Part shown: positions 57,637-64,000 of the stretch, piece by piece
How the letters are laid out: the number at the start of each line of letters is the position of its first letter
Numbering within the stretch: the first letter of the stretch is position 1
Assembly (NCBI GenBank): GCA_013334765.1
Contig: JAAXWW010000003.1
Location: forward strand, 49,354 to 113,353
Length of the DNA: 64,000 nucleotides
Direction of reading: 5' to 3'
Source of the DNA: Candidatus Moraniibacteriota bacterium
GTDB lineage: Bacteria; Patescibacteriota; Minisyncoccia; Moranbacterales; UBA2206
The notes under the pieces: model-generated
The model's database searches: none
What the model was told of the DNA's origin: nothing
What the model saw: the letters and a program-made list of their open reading frames with translations, nothing else
Translations under genes and position numbers: made by a program

Positions 57637-58381
57637 TCACTTCCTGAGCTTTGGGTATTTTCCTTTGATCAGCTTGATAATCAGTGTCTTAAAGGTCACC
57701 GCATCTTTATATTCATAATTTTGATCGATATTCACCTCTTCAGATGGATATTCTTTTTCAATTTCGATTTTCAATCCCGCTTCTTCAAAAGATTCCAGAT
57801 ATTGGCCAAAATCTATGGCAGCATTTTTTATGGAAACCGACGACTCGCCGCGCTTCAAGATTATTGGAACGAAATTATTCTTGATTTCTTTTTCATGATC
57901 TCCTATATAGGCTACGTTCGTTTCGATCAAGACTTCTCCGCCCTCTTTCAAGCTATCGCTTATATCACGCATCGCTTTTTTTTATATCAGTGCTATAGAC
58001 CAAGCTGAATCGGGAAAAAACAATATCGAACTTCCTTTCGAAAGCTGGCAAATTATTTATATCCCCATTCACCACTTCGAATCGCCTCAGATCTTTTTCC
58101 TCCTTTCTCTCTTTTGCCTTTTGCACCATCGAGCGGCTCAGATCGATACCCAAGACTTCCTTAGCTCCTCTTTGGCAGAACAATTCGGAATAACGGCCGT
58201 TCCCGCAGCCGTGATCGAGAACTGTCTTCCCCTCGAAACTCTCCGGTATCAAGGATTCGAAGTATTTATCAGCTTCCGTCTTGTTCTCACCGCCTTCCGC
58301 ATCCTTGCCGATAGTTTCATAATATTTCTCTGTTATTTCTTCACTATAGATGCTCTCTGATTTTGGCATGAATTTTTCCAT
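57637..58381 (-). pseudogene. Class I SAM methyltransferase split by a frameshift in an A8 tract
   Basis: VLDHGCGNG in the first ORF; removing one A at 57976-57983 fuses it to MRDISDSLKEGG. Confidence 0.8.
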
Positions 58382-58440
58382 AAAAAATAGATTATCCTCA
58401 GGCATATTTAATATATACATTATATCCCAGCTTAACCAAC

Positions 58441-58591
58441 AAAAAAACACCCGCCTGCTGAGTGCAAAATAAAAAGAGGCTATCGACATTGTCGACATCC
58501 TCTAGGGAGAAGACCAATTGGACTTAGATGGATTCGAACCTCCGACTACCCGGATGCTAATCCGGCAACTATGCCGCTGAGGTACGGACTA
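58441..58591 (-). repeat. Diverged copy of the tRNA-like element plus double terminator
   Basis: Aligns with 61926-62073; T-arm GGTTCGAATCC and stem CCGGA-TTAGCA-TCCGG retained. Confidence 0.85.
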
Positions 58592-60398
58592 ACTCTTCCA
58601 GCTTTTCCCGACCGATTATGTGCAGCTCGGACACCGCCCGAGTAAGCGCCACATAAAGGAGGTCTCTGTCTATTTTTCTTTTTTCTTCAGCGAAATCCTT
58701 GTATTTGTCATCCGCGTAAGATGCGAACATTTCCCTGCTGATCCCGACCAGGATAACGACGTCGAATTCCACCCCTTGAGACTCGTTCATCGTCATGACA
58801 TGGACTTTTTCGTTGTCGGAAAAGAATTCCCGGAAATCCGAAAGATACCCGCTCTCTTTGGCCAAAATGCCGACAGTGGAATAATCCTTGTCTTTGAGGA
58901 TTTTTCTGACCTGTTCGATTTCCTTATCCTTCGTTTCCAGAACATATTCTCCTACCGCCGCCCCATCCCTGAGCTGATCGATGATCTCGATGCCATATCC
59001 AAGCTTCTTGATGAATTTGAGGATGTTCTTGGTATTGCGATAGACCTTTTCCAAAACGACTTTCCTTTCCCCGTCCATCCGCTCATCGATATCGTCCCAC
59101 TGGCGGATCGTTCCCAGTTTCACCTGCTGGCCCATATCGCCGACATAAATGACAGCCCGGGTCCTCTCATTCACGCACGTCTTGATGAGGTTCAGCTGAT
59201 CAGGCAGATAGTTCTGGAATTCATCGATCACGGCCAATGAATATTTCAAAGGGACAGGCCCGCTTTTCTTCTTCACCTTCCCGTTCTTCTGTTCGACATA
59301 ATATTCCTTCACCACGCTTAACTCCTTATTGCGCCTATGGAAAATCTTCAGAAGAAGGGTCAGATCGATCCTGTCATATATGTTCCCGGCTTTCTGACTG
59401 CGAAACAGCTCCTTCTGGCTATCGCTGAAATGTGGTCCATAAATTTTTTCCAGCATTGAAAGATCATTGCCGATGAGATTCCTAGGCAGCTTCGCGAGGG
59501 CTTTCAGTTTCTGGAATTCATAGAGATCCTTCTCATATTCCGAATCCCCGTATCTATCAACGAAAACTCCATCCATTCCGAGAATCTTGAAAGCCCACTT
59601 CTGAAATGTCGTTATCTCAACCTCATCGATGCCGAGCTCCGCCAGGAGATGCGAGAAATATTCCTTCGTTCCTTCGTCTTGGACGAATACGATGATCGAT
59701 TTACTAGCATAGAGATGGGACAGATCCGGAGACTGGGCCAGATAGGCGACCCGATGCAAAGCCAATGTCGTCTTTCCGCTTCCTGCCGGACCGGAAATGA
59801 GGAATGGTCCGACATGATGGGCCCTGATCACCTTGTCTTGGGCCTTTTCCATCTGGGCCACGATTTCCGGCAGGACGAAACCGGTTTTCTGAGCGGAAAA
59901 ATATTCCTCATAAACCAGCTCCCTCGGCGCATCGATCCCTTCGGTCGATAGGAATTTGATCTTTCCGTCCACTATCATATATTGATCCTTTCGGAGGAGC
60001 CTCGCCTTCTGGATCATGCCGTCCGGCCGCTTATAGCTCACGTCTCCTGGTTTTTCGAATCGCATAACGGAAGCCGGGGCTACCCAGGAATAGATCGATT
60101 TCTCATCGAAACCGAATTTTCCGAAATATATTTCCGACTCCTTCTTGTCATCTGGAAAAAGAATATCGCATCGCACGAAATATGGAGAGCCCTCCAGATG
60201 CGCAAGCTCCCCCGTTCTTTTCTTGCCATTAGCCAGAATTATATTCTCAACCATCTGATTGGCATAGGAAAGGCTGCTGATTCTCTCTTTGCTTGATTTC
60301 AGATTGTTTTCCAGCTGCTTGAAGCCGGCTTTGATAGCGGCACGAACGTCGGCCAGATGCGTTCTGGCTTGGGATAGGATTGTTTCCTTATTGATCAT
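58569..60398 (-). CDS. HelD-like UvrD/SF1 helicase
   Basis: SPYFVR, IYSWVAP, GPAGSGKTTLALHRVAYL, IDEFQN, GDMGQ, QGVEFD, YVALTRA. Confidence 0.85.
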   Translation of the reverse strand: MINKETILSQARTHLADVRAAIKAGFKQLENNLKSSKERISSLSYANQMVENIILANGKKRTGELAHLEGSPYFVRCDILFPDDKKESEIYFGKFGFDEKSIYSWVAPASVMRFEKPGDVSYKRPDGMIQKARLLRKDQYMIVDGKIKFLSTEGIDAPRELVYEEYFSAQKTGFVLPEIVAQMEKAQDKVIRAHHVGPFLISGPAGSGKTTLALHRVAYLAQSPDLSHLYASKSIIVFVQDEGTKEYFSHLLAELGIDEVEITTFQKWAFKILGMDGVFVDRYGDSEYEKDLYEFQKLKALAKLPRNLIGNDLSMLEKIYGPHFSDSQKELFRSQKAGNIYDRIDLTLLLKIFHRRNKELSVVKEYYVEQKNGKVKKKSGPVPLKYSLAVIDEFQNYLPDQLNLIKTCVNERTRAVIYVGDMGQQVKLGTIRQWDDIDERMDGERKVVLEKVYRNTKNILKFIKKLGYGIEIIDQLRDGAAVGEYVLETKDKEIEQVRKILKDKDYSTVGILAKESGYLSDFREFFSDNEKVHVMTMNESQGVEFDVVILVGISREMFASYADDKYKDFAEEKRKIDRDLLYVALTRAVSELHIIGREKLEELVRTSAA

Positions 60399-60405
60399 AG
60401 GGATT

Positions 60406-60475
60406 AAAAAAAGACTTATGCATAAGCCAGGAAATCGCCCTTTCGGATACAATTCGTCCCTGCTTATGTTAAGTC
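60406..60475 (-). promoter_or_regulatory. Structured leader/attenuator-like hairpin before the helicase
   Basis: Long stem GACTTA-CATAAGC-AGGGA...TTCCTG-GCTTATG-TAAGTC plus T7 ending 7 nt before the ATG. Confidence 0.55.
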
Positions 60476-60586
60476 GGTCTGGCTTGAAGTGGTGTGATTC
60501 TCAGTTACAAGAATTTTTCAGTAGATTCAAGGTAACATATTGGGGAAGTTTGTGCAATAATTGTCATTTCATCGCCTTTCGACCAA

Positions 60587-61861
60587 TTATTTTTTAGTTG
60601 CCTTTTTCTTTGGCTTAACAGTAAGCGTAAGATCATATTCTAGGTTATTTTCTTTAAGTTCATATTCTTCCTTATAAATTTTTTTAAACAATTCCTTAAA
60701 TTTTTTATTTTTTTTCACCTCTCTAAAAAGTGGCCAATCTCTATATCCAGCCTTGGAGATAAACTCTCCGTCCTTGCCAATTTTTTTCATTATCAAAAAA
60801 GCAGCTTCATAATTTTCTAGGATAATTTCTTTGGCAAGTTTAAAATCATTTGAGGATGCACTCCAATCCCAACTATTGATAATTTTAAACGCATCTTCCT
60901 TATTACCTCCCAGTTTCCTAGATAAAGCTTTGTTTATGATAAAAACGTTTTTGTTTACATCGCTTGCATGTTTTTTTAGAACATCCGTCGAAAAATCCAA
61001 GAGAACATCAGCCAATGCAAATGATTGCCTATCTATAAGATCATAGCAAATTTTATTCAGATTATCATCTGCTTTTGAAAGCTCATTCGGTTTTAACTTT
61101 CTCCAAATAACATGAGTTAGCTTTACTCCCAATTCAATCAAGCAATTACAAATATCATCCAAATATTGAGGAGAAACGCCCAATTCCAATCCTGGCGCAT
61201 ATTCATGACTTAGCTTTACTCCAGACTGCTTGCAGATCGCGACGTATTGGCTACCGATAATTCCACCACAATGAACAAATAAATTTCGTCGCTCTGTTAT
61301 CTCTACAAATTTATGCCAAATCGATAAATCCTTACGCAAAGACATATTCAACTTTTTTTCTATCCATTCAAAATGAAATGTATGACTTTCTCTTAAAACA
61401 CTTTCGACCTCCTTTTCTATTATATAATTTTTCGCCTCATTAATATTTTTGAAATTGGTTAGTGCTGAGAAATTAACATTTTTTTCACAATTGTTAAGGA
61501 TTTCAGGGTTTAAAAGAATGATATTTCTTATTATGATACCTATAAAAAAATCGAATTCACTAATAAGTGAAACCGATATACTCCTTGGAACTATTCTTAA
61601 TGATGCTTTTGATATGTTAGTATCATTTTTGAGCTCTTCAAAATATTTTCTATTTTCGTGTTTAATTTTAAAAGACTTATTCGTTACATTCTTACCATTT
61701 TTTTTAATAAAATGAGCTAGTTTGCTCTGATTAACCTTGTGACTCACCTCAATTAATCCCATTGTTAAATGCAGTGCACGTTTTAAGCTATTTATATTTT
61801 TAATGAAGTTTTCTAAATTTTCTTCAAAGACATTGGTATTTTTTACCTTTTTACTATTCAT
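60587..61861 (-). CDS. AT-rich HEPN-like protein
   Basis: SLISEFD...EITERRNLFVH (E...RxxxxH) followed by a helical region. Confidence 0.65.
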   Translation of the reverse strand: MNSKKVKNTNVFEENLENFIKNINSLKRALHLTMGLIEVSHKVNQSKLAHFIKKNGKNVTNKSFKIKHENRKYFEELKNDTNISKASLRIVPRSISVSLISEFDFFIGIIIRNIILLNPEILNNCEKNVNFSALTNFKNINEAKNYIIEKEVESVLRESHTFHFEWIEKKLNMSLRKDLSIWHKFVEITERRNLFVHCGGIIGSQYVAICKQSGVKLSHEYAPGLELGVSPQYLDDICNCLIELGVKLTHVIWRKLKPNELSKADDNLNKICYDLIDRQSFALADVLLDFSTDVLKKHASDVNKNVFIINKALSRKLGGNKEDAFKIINSWDWSASSNDFKLAKEIILENYEAAFLIMKKIGKDGEFISKAGYRDWPLFREVKKNKKFKELFKKIYKEEYELKENNLEYDLTLTVKPKKKATKK

Positions 61862-61925
61862 ATATCTTGGTTTATATAATAAGCTAGTAATATTTAAATT
61901 GTAACATAACGATTCTAAAAAACAT

Positions 61926-61983
61926 AAAAAACACCCATCTACTGAGTGCAAAAAAAGAGGCCATCGACAATATCGACAGCCTC
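61926..61983 (-). terminator. Tandem intrinsic terminators after the tRNA-like element
   Basis: GAGGCTGTCGAT/GTCGATGGCCTC plus T7, then GCACTCA/TGGGTGT plus T5. Confidence 0.8.
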
Positions 61984-61999
61984 TATGGGAAAGGCCTGA

Positions 62000-62073
62000 T
62001 GGGCCTGGGGAGATTCGAACCCCCGACTACCCCGGGTGCTAGCCCGGTAGCTCTACCGCTGAGCTACAGACCC
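62000..62073 (-). tRNA. Atypical tRNA-like RNA (Ile-like body, non-canonical anticodon arm containing AGC/TAG)
   Basis: Acceptor GGGTCTG/CAGGCCC, D-arm GCTC/GAGC, T-arm GGGGG-TTCGAAT-CTCCC; anticodon stem CCGGG/CCCGG closes a 6-nt loop CTAGCA. Confidence 0.65.
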
Positions 62074-62090
62074 ACATTCAAAGGAGATTT

Positions 62091-62166
62091 TGGAGCAGCG
62101 GGCTGGATTTGAACCAGCGACTTCACCCCTGGCAGGAGTGCACTCTACCAACTGAGTTACCGCCGA
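62091..62166 (-). tRNA. tRNA with GCC anticodon (Gly-like, atypical acceptor stem)
   Basis: 76 nt with encoded CCA and U73; arm CACTC-CTGCCAG-GGGTG; U1:C72 mismatch and G3.U70. Confidence 0.8.
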
Positions 62167-62177
62167 CTCACGTTTCG

Positions 62178-62233
62178 AAAAAAAGGATCTTAAAAACACT
62201 TAGATAAATAAATGCTTTTAGGATCCTTTTTTT
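62178..62233. terminator. Long bidirectional terminator-like inverted repeat after the 16S trailer
   Basis: AAAAAAAGGATC...GATCCTTTTTTT arms with a paired interior. Confidence 0.65.
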
Positions 62234-62460
62234 CAACAAGCTTTCGTAATTCTTTGTGATTAGTCCTGAGAATATAGAATCGTATGCGTGAGCTGTACAA
62301 AACCCACGACTGCCGTTTTTATTTGGCTCGGCTTGCCTTTGCTGTTCCCCGCCGAGGCGGGGTCGACCAGCTGACAATGACCATACCCCTCCGCCACTTG
62401 CCACTTAAGGCAAACGGCGTTTCGTGAGTAATATTCTGCGGTCATCGTCGTATCTCCCTA
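62234..62460 (-). ncRNA. Conserved structured 16S 3' trailer RNA
   Basis: Covariation against the 52258-52507 copy. Confidence 0.65.
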
Positions 62461-62594
62461 GAAAGGAGGTGATCCATCCACAGCTTCCGCTACGGATGCC
62501 TTGTTACGACTTCACCCTTGTTACCGATCCTACCGTGGTCCCTGCTTTGAGACAGGGCCTTCGGGCATTACCAGCTCCCCTGGTGTGACGGGCG
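62461..62594 (-). rRNA. rrs: 16S rRNA, 3' exon
   Basis: CGCCCGTCAC...AAGTCGTAACAAGG...GGATCACCTCCTTTC. Confidence 0.97.
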
Positions 62595-63458
62595 ATTATC
62601 TTCGTGAAACTACGAATTGATGTTCCCATCGTGCCTGCGGATTTCCCGCACACGACGAGCTCTAATGCATTTTTTGCTTGAGGTTATAGATTTTCCTTAA
62701 ACCCGCTTCTTTCAAATGGTCTTTATCCAAAACCATCTTGAGAATCTTGCAAAAAATTTCAAAGTCACCTTTCTTTGAACGTAACATCAAAGAATTCTTT
62801 TTGAAAAACGGAATAATAATCTTATCCAAGTCATTTCTATTGGCTACTTCAAAGCGGTAACAATCTTGATGATTGGCTCGTTTATCTCCTTGGAAATAAA
62901 CGTTGCCGCAACCGAAGAATTTTTTGAGCTCATAGAGGACTTCTTTGTCTTTCTCTATAAGTTTCAAGAAAAATCTCGGCTCAACCTTTGTCCGTCTTCG
63001 AACTTCTTTCGATGAATCAGGATCCTTCACATAGATTGTGAAACTTCCCTCTCCATCGACTAGGCCAACGATATAATTTGGATTCAATTTTTCCATATGC
63101 ATGGAGTGAATCCTTCCCTGCTTTGCAGCAGGTACTACGATTCAGCTGACTTCTTACGCTGCGTAAGTTTCATTACCTGCTTTCATTATAACATGAAAGC
63201 AGAACAACGTAAGATCTCCCGGGGTCATTTATTATTCTATTCCTCGCATTCCAACACGTCTTTTCGATGCATTTTCCCTAACCTCACCACCCAATCATAG
63301 GTCAATGCGACGCTTTTATTGCTGGACTGCGATCTGTTTCCAGATCCTTCACCGCCACCCTCGCGAATGGCGACTATCTTTCAACTGCGCTCTTTGTGAC
63401 GAACAAAGAGGAGGAGATTTGAACTCCTTGGAATAACAAACTGCCCGGCGCTTTTATT
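62595..63458 (-). mobile_element. Group II (IIC-like) intron in 16S rRNA at E. coli ~C1399/C1400, encoding a LAGLIDADG endonuclease
   Basis: Splits TGTACTCAC|CGCCCGTC; ACCCCGGGAGATCT; DIII-like GAAGTCAGCTGAATCGTAGTACC...GGAAGG; DV hairpin at 62626-62658; ends in AAT. Confidence 0.85.
62662..63102 (-). CDS. Single-motif LAGLIDADG homing endonuclease (intron domain IV)
   Basis: YIVGLVDGEGSF, FFGCGNV, IIPFF...L...K..DF..F. Confidence 0.93.
   Translation of the reverse strand: MHMEKLNPNYIVGLVDGEGSFTIYVKDPDSSKEVRRRTKVEPRFFLKLIEKDKEVLYELKKFFGCGNVYFQGDKRANHQDCYRFEVANRNDLDKIIIPFFKKNSLMLRSKKGDFEIFCKILKMVLDKDHLKEAGLRKIYNLKQKMH

Positions 63459-64000
<542 letters not shown>

Noticed and set aside
52520-58381. 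Integron cassette array (co-oriented GNAT, NTase, hydrolase, methyltransferase)
   Set aside because: Genes are separated by only a few nt, with no recurring attC-like palindromes and no integrase seen; IntegronFinder would settle it
58499-58510. TCTAGGGAGA matching the sequence just after the 16S end
   Set aside because: Opposite strand, only 10 nt, and not conserved in the 61981 copy; likely chance
62595-63458. Group I intron call (the usual host of LAGLIDADG genes)
   Set aside because: The 5' exon ends in C not U, the intron ends in AAU not G, and group II DIII/DV motifs are present

Overview
Bacterial chromosomal window that looks like a Patescibacteria/CPR (Parcubacteria-type) genome. 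This is inferred from an intron-bearing 16S gene with no 23S downstream, CPR-type surface proteins and sparse metabolism; it is not a database assignment. About 65 protein genes lie on the minus strand and only one credible gene on the plus strand. Contents: housekeeping and repair genes (pseudouridine synthase, EngB, RsgA, AlkD, RecQ, RadC, MltG, a MurL-MurD fusion, Zur-ZnuACB); an AT-rich defence island (ClpP-fold protease, PIN, two small genes, type III R-M with a HEPN-like tail); large surface proteins including a 1791-aa S74-chaperone fibre; tRNA-Arg(CCG); and the 3' part of a 16S rRNA gene. The 16S is interrupted at E. coli position ~1399/1400 by a group II (IIC-like) intron that carries a LAGLIDADG endonuclease instead of a reverse transcriptase. 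The most striking pattern is repeated duplication of the 3' end of an anchor gene. The last ~13 nt of 16S plus a ~230-nt structured trailer recur 10 kb downstream with compensatory stem changes, bracketing two atypical tRNAs and accessory genes, with no integrase in the window. A tRNA-like element with its terminators, and the alkD 3' end with its downstream promoter, are duplicated in the same way. No CRISPR array was seen.
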